Positions 49,625 through 59,489 of a stretch of DNA of 64,000 nucleotides are shown here, piece by piece (position 1 is the stretch's first letter; every line of letters begins with the position of its first letter). The stretch covers positions 7,189 to 71,188 of IMG/VR virus record IMGVR_UViG_3300010373_000043, one strand, 5' to 3'. The DNA is from a virus. Under the pieces are notes generated by a model. It did no database searches. It had not been told where the DNA came from and saw nothing but the letters and a program-made list of their open reading frames with translations. The position numbers and the translations under genes are program-made.

Positions 49625-49873
49625 TTACTGCTTCGGTCCGACCGGACACTTGAAGTCAGCGAACAGCCAGATCGCCGGAGCGAAGATCGTCTCGAAGAAG
49701 ATCACTCCGAGGACGGTGTTGCGCACCGACAGCTTGTACTGGAGGTTCGGCTTCATCTGATCTTCCTCTTGAATGCCGACGCACTCGCCGTACGAAGTGC
49801 TCGAACGGCAGCCCGAGGCGAAGACCATGGTCAGAGCCAGAAGCATCGTTGCGATTGTCTTTTTCATGTTCAT
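49625..49873 (-). CDS. Small lipoprotein
   Basis: Lipobox ASGC after a hydrophobic leader; C-terminal hydrophobic segment. Confidence 0.7.
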   Translation of the reverse strand: MNMKKTIATMLLALTMVFASGCRSSTSYGECVGIQEEDQMKPNLQYKLSVRNTVLGVIFFETIFAPAIWLFADFKCPVGPKQ

Positions 49874-50385
49874 TTTCCTTTGTTGAGTTTCTTCATCGCC
49901 TGTCGAGCGGCTTCACGGCGTCCCTGCGACACGTGGTCCAGGAAGATCTTCCCGTCGAGATGCTCCGACTCATGCTGGATGACGTGCGCGCGATATTCCT
50001 TCTGCGTCTCCGTCCCAGGCATTTCGGCGAAGGTGAACTTGTTGCCGGTGCGATCGTAGGCGTAGCCGTCCACCTTCGTGAACCGCATCACCTTCTCGAA
50101 CACACCCGGCACCGATAGACATCCTTCGTCCATCATTCGCTCATCGCCGTGGGCGTTTTCGATGACCGGATTAAAATAGACTTCCGGCCCGAGCCCGACG
50201 TCGACGACGAAAACGCGGATGTTGTTCCCAACCTGAATCGCTGAGAGACCGACACCCTTCTCTTCGTACATCGTCTGGATCATGTCGTCGACGAAGGTCG
50301 AAAACAATCCGATGTCCTCGACACGCACTTCCTTCGACTCTTGCCGAAGGATGTTGTTCGGCCACATGACGATCTTTAACGACAT
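49870..50385 (-). CDS. def: Peptide deformylase
   Basis: GVGLSAIQVG, EGCLS, QHESEHLDG; GAGGAG SD before ATG 50385 (possible in-frame GTG at 50478). Confidence 0.95.
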   Translation of the reverse strand: MSLKIVMWPNNILRQESKEVRVEDIGLFSTFVDDMIQTMYEEKGVGLSAIQVGNNIRVFVVDVGLGPEVYFNPVIENAHGDERMMDEGCLSVPGVFEKVMRFTKVDGYAYDRTGNKFTFAEMPGTETQKEYRAHVIQHESEHLDGKIFLDHVSQGRREAARQAMKKLNKGK

Positions 50386-50496
50386 CGGTGCTCTCCTCAG
50401 CGGTTTGACAGAAGCGAGCACGCTCACTGATGGTGAGCCCACCCGCTGCGCAAACTCTATGAACTTCCGCCCTCTCACATGCCTCTTATAGCGAAA

Positions 50497-51183
50497 CTAG
50501 TAGATGCCCCAGTCACGCATGAGAGCGTCGAGCTTGTTGTTCGCCTCGACGGCATTCTCGACTTCGTAGTGTCGCTGAGCGCAGATATCCTGCACCCAGT
50601 CGACATTGCCGGAGAGAACGGGTCGCCCGTCTCCGTTGATGAGATCGCACACGGGGCGACCGTTGATGCGGCGGATGTTCTTGATCCGCAGGTTGTACAT
50701 CTCGCTACGCTTCATTGCTCTTCCTTATGTTGGCGAGGATCGCCTCCGCGATTTCTTTTTCTCGCGGAGTCATGGGTAGGCTGGCGATGTATTTCACCCA
50801 CGCGGTGTACGCGTCGCCGCCAACCCGTGCTAGCTCGTCTGCGGTCACAGGCTGCTGACGGAGAAGCCCGTGCGTGGACGCGACGGCATCGAGCGAGTGC
50901 CCTTGCCCGGTCGCATCTTCGCGCCGAAGCGGCTCGGCTTGGTGAGCACGCGAATCGGCTCACCTTCCTTGCGGTACTCGCGCGAGCTGATGCGCTCGTA
51001 GCCGATCTTCACGAGATAGTTCCCGTGGCACTTGAAAGCCTCGACGGGGCCAGCGTGACAACGCAAGCCGCGACCCTTGAGACCGTTCGAGAGCTGTGCG
51101 AGACCACCGGAGCAATGCTCCGACGGAACGCCGCAAAGATGGACGGTCTTACCCTTACCTGCCCTTGAATCTGTCTCAGCCAT
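50497..51183 (-). CDS. Small hypothetical genes (50845..51183, ~50705..50848, 50497..50715)
   Basis: Coupled ORFs with SD sites. Confidence 0.55.
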
Positions 51184-51198
51184 TGGCTGATCCTTTCG

Positions 51199-52686
51199 TT
51201 ACTGACGCGAACGAGCATCCTTCGGAGGGACGAACGTGCCGTCGTTCTCGATCACGTTCTCCATGATCATCTTCATGCGCTTCGACGCCGAGCGCTGCTT
51301 GAGCGTGAAGAAGAGCGCATCCTTCTCCTGCACCGAGACCTTGTCGTCACCGATGTCGACGAACTGGAACGTCTCCGCTCCGAACGACTCGCCGACGTCA
51401 CGCTTGCGCGTGATGATGGTGTCGCTGTCGTAGTGCGGCGTGAGGACGTTGTATCCGCCGTAGCCGCGCTCGAAGGCGATCTCCATCAGCTTGATCTGGT
51501 TCTTCGTGAAGAATTTGCTGAGGTAGTTCTCGATGTCCTTCATCGAGACTTCCGAGATCTCGCCACCGTTGACTTCGTCGAATTCGGCCAGATCCTTGAC
51601 CTTGAACTTGTCGGCGAGCTGCACCGTGCACGAGAAGAGCGCGCCAAGCTGGCAAGCCTGACACGACTTCATCTCCGTCAGGACGTCCTGAAGCTCCATG
51701 TCGCCGATCGCCTTCAGATCCTTCTTGTCCTGATCCTCGGTGCCGGCATCTTCCGACCAGTACGGGCGGTACGTGTTCGGAGCCTCGGCGATTGCGCCGC
51801 CGTCGGTGTTGCGAAGCCACACGCCGCTCTTCGCACGAATGCGACGCGAAGCGAGCTGCTTGAGCACGTCTTTGGCGATGAGCACGCGACGCTCGGCCTT
51901 CGTCGCCGAATCGAACTTCTTGTTCGCGCGATCGACGCGGCGGTTGTAGTTCTTGAGGAGCTTCTTGAGATCTACCTTTGCCATGGTCGTTGTCCTTTAC
52001 GGAATGAAGGTGCCGTTGTTGGCGATGACGTTCTTCATGATTTGTTCGAGGCGCACGCGAGGATCGTCGGATTCACAGAAGTCCTCGCAGCGCTCTTCGA
52101 GAGCGTTGTCGAATTCGACGCACGAGTAGCCGCACTTGTTGCAGTACAAGTCCTTGTGGCCCGGCTTGTAGAGCGCGTTGACGCAGCCACGCTCGAACGC
52201 GTTCTCGATCATGTGAAGCTGCTTCAGCGAGAACACCTTGCCGAGGTACTTGCGCATGCCGTCGTCGTCGCCGATGTAGCTGTCCTCGACGATGTCGCCG
52301 ACGGTGAGCTTGTCCATGATGGATACGGCCGAGACGAACACGCTGCCGAGCGCGCAGGCGCTACAGCTCTTCATGCCCTTGAACACGTCGCACATCTGCG
52401 TGTCCTTGGCTTCGTTGATTTCCGTCTTGCTGGGCTGTTCCGAATCCCACGTCTCGCCACCTTCAGCCTTGTTGAAGAGGCTGTCGACGTCGCTGTCGTC
52501 GATGTTGAGGTACGTGCCCGGCGACGCGATGATCTTGCCGAGCGCGAGCTGAGTGAGCACGTCCTTGGCGACGATGACGCGCTTCTGCGCCTTGGTCGCT
52601 TCCTGGAAGCGCTTGTTGGCGCGACGGATGCGATCGTTCTCGTTCTTGCGGAGACGACGGAGATCTTCGAGTGTGAGCTTTGACAT
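51199..52686 (-). CDS. Tandem paralogous proteins (51997..52686, 51199..51984)
   Basis: Shared RAN..F..ATKA..RV..AKDVL.QL, C.AC.LG..F, E.AFERG, IM.NVI.N.GTF.P. Confidence 0.85.
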
Positions 52687-52719
52687 GATTTTCGTCCTTG
52701 TGTGACCCTTATAGCGGAA

Positions 52720-54021
52720 CTACTGCCCCGCCTTGAATCCTTGCTCTTTGAGAGCGCGCTGAACAGCGCTACCCTTCTTCGAACGGATGTGAGTACCGAT
52801 CTGCTTCCCGACGAGTTGCTCGGGAACAGGTTGACCCTTCTCCGCTCGGCATGCCGGAGCAGCGACCGCCAACGCGAGCGCTCCGACTGCGCCGTCGTGG
52901 TGACTCTTCGGATCACCACCGCGCCCCATGCAGTCGCCGATGCAGACCGTCGACAGACCTTCTGCGTGGATCATCGTCTTGTCGGCAGCCTGGATGAGGT
53001 CCACCTTCTTCCCCTTCTTCATTTCGAGGAAGACGTGAACGCGCATGTGCTGCAAGCAAGCCATGACGGCAGCCTTGGTCAGGTTCGTCGGCAGCTTCAG
53101 TCGAGCGCAAGCAGCTTCGACGATGGGGACGCCAGCGACGTCGTGACCGTGATGCGATGGCCACTTCGCTTCTGGAGTAACACCCTTGCCGAGATCGTGG
53201 AAGAGAGCCGACAAGCGGATCGCTTCACCAACCTCGTCGCCTTGCGTGCGTGCCGTGACGTCGCGCAAGCTCAGTAGCGAGTGAGTCAGAGTATCACCTT
53301 CAGGGTGATGCTCGGGCTTGCCCGCGGGAACCTTGCGCAGATGTGCCAGCTCAGGGAAATGCAGCGACAGAACGCCCGCATGCTCCAGCTCTTCGATGAA
53401 CCTCCACGGTTCAGCGGAGCGCAAGCTCTTGCGGAATTCTTCGCACACTCTCTCAGCCGGCAACGCCGTCAGATCACTCAGCGGAACCGTCCGTGCAAAC
53501 TTCATTGTCTCGGGCGCAACCTTAAAACCAAGCTGCGCAGCGAAACGAGCGAGACGGTAAACACGTAGCGCGTCCTCACTAAATGCAGGACCGACATGAC
53601 GCAAAAGCTTCGCCGCCAGATCCTTCGCTCCACCGAATGGGTCGAAGATCTCACCATCGGGACGCATCGCGATTGCGTTGATCGTCAAATCACGGCGCGA
53701 GAGATCTTCCTCCAGCGTGACTGACGGATCGAACAGAACCTCGAAGTCCGTGTGATACGGCCCCAGCTTGCGTTCTTTGCGCGCAAACGCGACTTCTCCC
53801 AGACCCTCGACGAGGTACACCGGAAAGCTCTTCCCAACAGCCTGAGCCTTCGGGAAGACCTTCAGGAATGCATCTTGCGTCGCGCCGACTGCGACGAAGT
53901 CCAGATCCTTCGGCTCGCGGCCGAGGAGCTTATCGCGCACTGCGCCTCCGACAAGCAATAGCTCGAACGGAGGGTGTAGCTGGCCACCCAGCCACTTCAA
54001 ATAGAGACTTCGGTCGGTCAT
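52720..54021 (-). CDS. cca: Multifunctional CCA-adding enzyme with HD domain
   Basis: LVGGAVRD.LLG..PKD.DF, DL.RRDLTINA, F.EDALRV.R.ARFAA, HHPEGD...H, LFHDLGKG. Confidence 0.95.
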   Translation of the reverse strand: MTDRSLYLKWLGGQLHPPFELLLVGGAVRDKLLGREPKDLDFVAVGATQDAFLKVFPKAQAVGKSFPVYLVEGLGEVAFARKERKLGPYHTDFEVLFDPSVTLEEDLSRRDLTINAIAMRPDGEIFDPFGGAKDLAAKLLRHVGPAFSEDALRVYRLARFAAQLGFKVAPETMKFARTVPLSDLTALPAERVCEEFRKSLRSAEPWRFIEELEHAGVLSLHFPELAHLRKVPAGKPEHHPEGDTLTHSLLSLRDVTARTQGDEVGEAIRLSALFHDLGKGVTPEAKWPSHHGHDVAGVPIVEAACARLKLPTNLTKAAVMACLQHMRVHVFLEMKKGKKVDLIQAADKTMIHAEGLSTVCIGDCMGRGGDPKSHHDGAVGALALAVAAPACRAEKGQPVPEQLVGKQIGTHIRSKKGSAVQRALKEQGFKAGQ

Positions 54022-54029
54022 AGGCGCAC

Positions 54030-54146
54030 CTACTTTCTGGCGAGCTTGATCGCGCACCAGAGCAGCACATACCGAATGGCATGCACTGCGGGTTCAAGAT
54101 CGGGATTGCCTCTGACAGCCGCTTCGACGTAATCCAGGGCACTCAT
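54030..54146 (-). CDS. 38-aa peptide MSALDYVEAAVRGNPDLEPAVHAIRYVLLWCAIKLARK (missing from ORF track)
   Basis: ATG exactly 6 nt after a CGCTATAAG element; TAG 8 nt before the cca start. Confidence 0.6.
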   Translation of the reverse strand: MSALDYVEAAVRGNPDLEPAVHAIRYVLLWCAIKLARK

Positions 54147-54164
54147 GTGCCCCTTATAGCGAAA

Positions 54165-54554
54165 CTACTTTGGAGGCTCTTCTTGGGGAGGAAGGTGAAT
54201 CGAGAGGATATCGAAAACCTTCTTCACCAAATCCTTATTCTGCTGCTTGCCTTTGGTGAAGTAGTCGCGATTGAAGCTGGTGGTGGGAGCTTCGAACCAA
54301 TGACGGAGCACGGTCCCGGAGAGATGCACGGACAGTGCGTGTAATTCCTTCTTCGTCATGAGCTACGAATGGATTTCGCAGCGACCATCCTGGCAGTGGT
54401 TCGAGCAGTGCCCACACACCGAGCTGCCGTTGGGATCGTTGCAGAGCTTCACCTTGCGACCGACGATCACCTTGCGCTTGCAGGGAATCGCGTGCGGCTT
54501 GTCGAGCTTCGCCGGCACCGGTTGCATCAACTCTTCGAAATTGTCCTCGCGCAT
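54165..54554 (-). CDS. Two small hypothetical proteins (54363..54554, 54165..54359)
   Basis: Promoter element and AGGAGG upstream; Cys-rich. Confidence 0.55.
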
Positions 54555-54573
54555 TTCCGTCCTCCTGTTTCCC

Positions 54574-55173
54574 TTATAGCGAACGAAACTGAGGCATGCA
54601 GTACTTCTCGTCGAGTGCCTTCGTGTTCTTCGACGAGTAACGCACCACCTTCAGTGCGTCCTGCGGCTTCACGATCACTTCGCTCTGCGTCCGCACGTTC
54701 CAGCAGAACTGCTCGCCGTCGATGTGCGGGTGCATGTTCGCCGCTTCCGAGAGGAACGTGCTGAGCATTCCGCGGCGGGCCCACTCCGCATCAAACAACA
54801 CGTCGTCGACCTTCGGCACAACACTCGCGATGTAGCCCTCGACGCTCGGGCGAATCTGCTTCACGTATCCGCTCATGATGCTCTTCGTGTCCGCGAACCA
54901 CTCCGCGACGCCGTAGTCGCGCGAGAAACTGACGAAGCTCAGACGAGGATCGGGCGCGAGCTTGCCGTTCACCACTTCCGTCGGCTCGACGAGCACGCCA
55001 CGCCACAGCGGCTCCAGCGCGACGGGATACAGACGATTGAGCACGCCTGCAAACTCGTAGATCTCCGACTGATACTTCTCCAGCAAGCCGTCCGCTTCCT
55101 GCATGCGACCGACGACGGCGTAGAGCAGCCAGTTGACGTAGTAGTTCATCTTTTGGAGCGGGCTCTTCTCCAC
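54574..55173 (-). CDS. Putative ADP-ribosyltransferase-fold protein
   Basis: LWRG...FVSFS.D..VAEWFA...QSEVIV = R-S-E order. Confidence 0.55.
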   Translation of the reverse strand: MEKSPLQKMNYYVNWLLYAVVGRMQEADGLLEKYQSEIYEFAGVLNRLYPVALEPLWRGVLVEPTEVVNGKLAPDPRLSFVSFSRDYGVAEWFADTKSIMSGYVKQIRPSVEGYIASVVPKVDDVLFDAEWARRGMLSTFLSEAANMHPHIDGEQFCWNVRTQSEVIVKPQDALKVVRYSSKNTKALDEKYCMPQFRSL

Positions 55174-55174
55174 G

Positions 55175-55423
55175 TTACACCTCGTCGATTCCGAGATAGC
55201 CGGCCTGGAATTCCTCGTCGAAGAACGCTTCACGGAGCTTCGCAAGCTCGGTCTCGGCGAAGCCGTCGCGACGCGTGAACATATGGAGCACGTTCTCGAA
55301 GTTGTTGAAGATGAAAATCGCAGCGCGGTCGCGGCGCGCTTCCATCTTCGTGTACGCCGACGCAAGCTCGGCGATCTTCTGCTGCATGAACGCGTCCTGC
55401 TCTTCCTTGGTCATCTTCGGCAT
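55175..55423 (-). CDS. Hypothetical protein
   Basis: AAGGTAGG SD, intact ORF. Confidence 0.6.
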   Translation of the reverse strand: MPKMTKEEQDAFMQQKIAELASAYTKMEARRDRAAIFIFNNFENVLHMFTRRDGFAETELAKLREAFFDEEFQAGYLGIDEV

Positions 55424-55442
55424 TTTGACCTACCTTCCAGCC

Positions 55443-55472
55443 GCCCCGCCCGAAGTCACCCTCGGGCGGGGC
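55443..55472. other. GC-rich hairpin after 55481..56893 (no U-tract)
   Basis: GCCCCGCCCGA-agtcaccc-TCGGGCGGGGC. Confidence 0.6.
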
Positions 55473-55480
55473 CTGCAAGG

Positions 55481-56893
55481 CTAGTCGATTTCGAGCTGGG
55501 CGGCGCGGGTCGTCGCCTTGTTCAGCTTCTTCACCAGCTCGGCCAGCTTCTCGGCCGGAGCGGTGAACTTCTGCCCCAGAAGGCCCTCGTAGTTGCGGAC
55601 CTTCGAGAGGAACTGCTCCACTTCCTTCACGCGGTTCTTCGCAGCGCGAGCACCGATACCGTCGCCAGCGTTCAGCTCGCACTCGATATCGTTGATGTAC
55701 TGCGCCGCCTCGCTCGCCACCGCGTCGTAGATCGCCGTGATGGCTTCCGAGGAGTGCATCGCCGGAATCTCGTACACGATGCAGCCAGCCTTCGCACCCG
55801 AGAGAGCCGCCTTGACCTTGCGCAGCGTCTCGATGTTCGCGCGGGGGATGAAGTAGATTCCACCGCGGTCACGGAGCGGAACGCCGTCGAGCTTGCTCGC
55901 GAGCTTCACCAGCCACGAGGAAAGATCGACCACCGAGAGAGCCGCGCGGACCTTGTTGTACTCCGCGATGATGCGGTTAAACTCGATGGCAGCCTGCTCC
56001 TCGTGCCCCGACGTCGGCACGTACTTGACCTCCTCGTTGTCCTTCTCACCCTGGAGGTAGACGCGGAGGATCTGCTGGGTAACCAGCTCCGCGTTCACTT
56101 CCGTCTCGTGCACGACAGCCCAGCCACCAGCCGCCTTCATCTTGCGGATGAGCACCGAGCGGCCCTGCAACTCCTTCGCAGCGCGGCCGAGGGCGACTTC
56201 GGGGGTCGCGAGGGCCGGCGCGTCCGACTCCTCCAAGCCCTGCTCGATGAGCTTCGCCACCAGCGTCGCACGGTCGACTTCGCCCGTGAGCTGCCAGTAG
56301 ACGACGCCGCCCGTCACGTCCGACTTGTTCTCGACGGCAATCAGCCCGTCGCGGAACTTCTTTTGCTCCTCGACCTTGTGCTGCTGAGCCGTCTGCGACG
56401 CCACGCGGTTCTCGGGCACGCGCTGCATGATGCCCTCGATGTCGCGAATCAGCTCGGCCTGGACGACGCCCTCCACCGAGCCTACTTCCAGGGTGCCCAG
56501 GCGAGCCGTCTCGCTCACCAGCGCAGCCTGGAGCAACGGGTAGACCGCCTTGACCTGGGTGTCCGTCGACCAGTCCGACAGGCCGATGCCGGCGTCCTTG
56601 CACCAGCGGTAGAAGCGGTGCATGCGGTCCGAGCCCTTGACGCCGTGCGCGGTGCGGTACTCGCCGACGAGCGGGCGGAAGGCAGCCGGAACTTCCTTGG
56701 CCGGAGCGACGACCACAGCCGCAGCCGCGAGGGCCACCGCAGCGGCCGGAGCCGGGAGCGGCAGGGCCGGTGACGCAGCGGGAACCTCGACGACCGGGGC
56801 CTGGACCTGGGCCTTCGGGCCGAACTTCGCCAGCCAAGCAGCCTTCTCTTCCGGGGTCAGGTCGATCTCGATTTCGCCGAAACGCTCGCTCAT
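55481..56893 (-). CDS. DUF6744-like protein with Ala/Pro-rich N-terminal linker
   Basis: GGVVYWQL.G, LR.RGGIYFIP pattern recalled from DUF6744-type phage proteins. Confidence 0.55.
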   Translation of the reverse strand: MSERFGEIEIDLTPEEKAAWLAKFGPKAQVQAPVVEVPAASPALPLPAPAAAVALAAAAVVVAPAKEVPAAFRPLVGEYRTAHGVKGSDRMHRFYRWCKDAGIGLSDWSTDTQVKAVYPLLQAALVSETARLGTLEVGSVEGVVQAELIRDIEGIMQRVPENRVASQTAQQHKVEEQKKFRDGLIAVENKSDVTGGVVYWQLTGEVDRATLVAKLIEQGLEESDAPALATPEVALGRAAKELQGRSVLIRKMKAAGGWAVVHETEVNAELVTQQILRVYLQGEKDNEEVKYVPTSGHEEQAAIEFNRIIAEYNKVRAALSVVDLSSWLVKLASKLDGVPLRDRGGIYFIPRANIETLRKVKAALSGAKAGCIVYEIPAMHSSEAITAIYDAVASEAAQYINDIECELNAGDGIGARAAKNRVKEVEQFLSKVRNYEGLLGQKFTAPAEKLAELVKKLNKATTRAAQLEID

Positions 56894-56927
56894 TTTCTTT
56901 CTCCGTCTCGTTCGTTGCCGTTGATGG

Positions 56928-56959
56928 TTTTAGAATAACAATTTCTAAAAACGCCGCAA
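56928..56959 (-). promoter_or_regulatory. Extended -10 sigma70 promoter overlapped by palindrome TTTTAGAA-N7-TTCTAAAA
   Basis: TTGCGG-16-(TGt)TATTCT; inverted repeat 56928-56935/56943-56950. Confidence 0.6.
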
Positions 56960-57057
56960 CAAAAATCGACATAGCCTCGTACGATTTTCGTCATAGGGCG
57001 TAACCTCCTGAAACCCTTCAGAAATGAGATTCGCTATAAGGGCCACAGGAGGCTCCA

Positions 57058-57216
57058 ATGCGCAAAATCAATCTGTACGACACGTCGAACGGTGAGCTGG
57101 TGCGCGAGATTTCCGTCGAGTGGCAGACGGGCGTGGACATGGAAGCCTTCGCGAAGAACGCGGAGAAGCACTACTCCGATTTCTACGGCAAGCCGCTCTT
57201 CGCCGAGATCGAGTAG
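57058..57216 (+). CDS. 52-aa protein MRKINLYDTSNGELVREI... (missing from ORF track)
   Basis: Plus-strand CGCTATAAG element plus AGGAGG SD. Confidence 0.75.
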   Translation: MRKINLYDTSNGELVREISVEWQTGVDMEAFAKNAEKHYSDFYGKPLFAEIE

Positions 57217-57566
57217 TGAAGAAGGTAGCTGCACTCTGGTTCTTCCTCAACGTCGCCGACGCTGTCTGCACGTGGTACGGAGTGAGCCATCATTACTGCT
57301 ACGAGGGAAATCCTCTGATGGCAGTCGCGATCGAGCACAGCTACGCAGCGTTCTTCGCCGTCAAACTCACTCTCGGAGCAATCGCCACGTGGTTGATGGT
57401 TCGCATCAACAGCGACGGCAACAAGGTCGCAAAGTGGTTCACGTGGGCGTTCGTCGTCATCTACGGCGTCCTCATGCTTGACCACGCATTCGCTTACTAC
57501 CAAATGAGGATGGACGATGCCGATTATCAGAGTCACGCTCAGCCAAGAGCAGTACAAGTACATTGA
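57216..57566 (+). CDS. DUF5658-like membrane protein
   Basis: LNVADAVCTWYG...E.NPLM...F..VK, TM helices; TAGTG coupling. Confidence 0.75.
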   Translation: MKKVAALWFFLNVADAVCTWYGVSHHYCYEGNPLMAVAIEHSYAAFFAVKLTLGAIATWLMVRINSDGNKVAKWFTWAFVVIYGVLMLDHAFAYYQMRMDDADYQSHAQPRAVQVH

Positions 57567-57864
57567 GAAGATCGCCGAGGCTGCAAATGTCGACGGTGGC
57601 GAAGTGATTCGCACGCTGGTCGACATGGAAATGAAGCGGCCGAAGCAGATTCCGGTACTGCATAAGACCGGTGACAAGATGCCGGCGCATGCGATGAGCA
57701 TCCTCACTCCAGAGGATGATCGCACGATCTACCAGCTACGAGCGCAGGGGCAAACGTGGCGTGCGGTGATGCAGCTCATTCAAGATCGCCATCCTAACGA
57801 CAACATCAGCTACGGAGCCGTGCAACGCGGCTTCTATCGCGCAGCTCGCCAGGGAAACGTCTAG
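57517..57864 (+). CDS. Putative DNA-binding protein (RHH-like N-terminus, HTH-like C-terminus)
   Basis: IRVTLSQEQY.YIE..A......GEVIR; LRAQGQTWRAV...ISYGAVQR. Confidence 0.55.
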   Translation: MPIIRVTLSQEQYKYIEKIAEAANVDGGEVIRTLVDMEMKRPKQIPVLHKTGDKMPAHAMSILTPEDDRTIYQLRAQGQTWRAVMQLIQDRHPNDNISYGAVQRGFYRAARQGNV

Positions 57865-59480
57865 TCCTCTTCTTCATCGTCGACTCCGATGCAGTGATCT
57901 TCGTCGAGGACAATCGAGTTGATCATTTTCCAGACTTTCCTCAGCACGAGTAATTCAGTCTGATTGATGTGGTAAGCAGCGACCCTTACAGAAGAGATGT
58001 CGGCGTTGTACCCACCTTCGACAAGCCGCTCGGTCGCGATGGCCATGTCGTTCTGCAAACCCTCAGCTTCTTCCTTGCACTTGCCGACGCGGCGAATGAG
58101 TGCTTCGCGCATCCTCTGCCGGATCATCTGTAGCTTCTCGGAGTCGTCACGCGCCATACACAACCTCCCGTCGGGGCGGTATAGCAGGCGAATCCTAGGC
58201 TGTCAAGGAAGTGACGGAGGTAACTCTTACTTCTTGTTGATGTCGGTGTTAGGTGACACACCGAGGAGCTTGCCGAGGGCGAGACCGGTCGGGCTCTGAG
58301 CAGCCATCGTACCGCGGAGTACTTCGTAGAGCTTGCGTGCGGCTGTTTCGATGTCCTTCGAATCAGCGAGCTGTTCTTTGAGAGCGTTGCGCTCTTTGAT
58401 CTGCTCTGCGTCGAGGTTCGCGAGCTTGAGCAAGAGCTGGGCGTTCTTCTCTCGAAGCTCGGCCAACTCCTGGTCAGTCTCGGTCACGTACTTCTCAGCT
58501 TCGACGATCGCAGGAGCGAGAAGGTGATCGGCGAATGACTTGTGGTCCTTCACCGCACCGTCAAATGCGTTCTTGTACGCGTGGCGAAATTGTCCGAGCC
58601 AGTACTTGCTCACAGCGGTCTCCCGATTCGATAGGTCAAGTCGCGCACGATCATCTTCGCGTCGTGGATTGCCTGCGCTCGAATTACGCCGACACACATC
58701 TCGCCGGCAGGCGCTTCTTCCATCGCCTTCTCTTCTTCGAGCTTCATCATCGCAACGGCTTCCTTACACGCAGCGCGATAGCCGGAGTAGTACGACGCAG
58801 CGACGAGATCCTTGTGACGGATAATCAGCGCCGTAATCGCACCAGCGACGAGAGCGAGCCAGAGAAATATCATGACAGTCTCTTGGTGTGAGCGTCGGGC
58901 GGAAGGAACGTCGTGATGGCGTGAATGCCGTGGTCATAGACCGCGATTGCTTCCTGCCCGCCGAGATCCACCTTCCATGACGACGCACGGCCAGCAAGAT
59001 GCAGGAGCTTCGCGCCGACGAAATTGAGTCGCGAACGACTTGCGATTGCTTGCCAGAACTTGTCGAGAGCGTTCGCGAGCAAGCCGGAAAGTCGATCGTA
59101 TTCCTCGATCGTCATCTTGATTCCGTATCGCTCTTCAGCACGCTGCATCGCGTGCGTGCGACGGGTTTCTCGAATGAATGCATCATATGCAGCCGACATC
59201 ACGTCCTCCGATTAAGGGCAACGCCCGTCATGAAGGACACCAGCTCGTCGAGAACATTCGACGTCACGCAGCCTGATGTGGTCGGGTAGATTCGGCCGTA
59301 CACCAGTGCGTAGAACCGGCGTCCTGCTTTGACTTGGAAAATTTCCCCCACGAAATTTCCCTTCGGACCACGAACGAGCCAGTGATTGTCCCTATCGCGC
59401 AGCTTGAGCCACCCGACGAGATATTCACTCTTCGTCGCGTAGCGCACGGGCGGGATCGCCATCTTGACCTTCGTGTCCAT
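57861..59480 (-). CDS. Five small hypothetical genes (59199..59480, 58870..59202, 58610..58873, 58227..~58613, 57861..58163)
   Basis: Coupled overlaps; promoter element at 59489. Confidence 0.6.
58178..58206 (-). promoter_or_regulatory. sigma70-type promoter TTGACA-17-TATACC
   Basis: Consensus -35, 17-nt spacer, upstream of GGGAGG and ORF 57861..58163. Confidence 0.75.
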
Positions 59481-59489
59481 TCATAGCCC

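Noticed and set aside
55283-56773. 496-aa plus-strand ORF (also 51433..52683, 6495..7406, 60265..61062)
   Set aside because: Antisense shadows of genuine minus-strand genes caused by GC-rich codon bias; no SD, promoter or motifs
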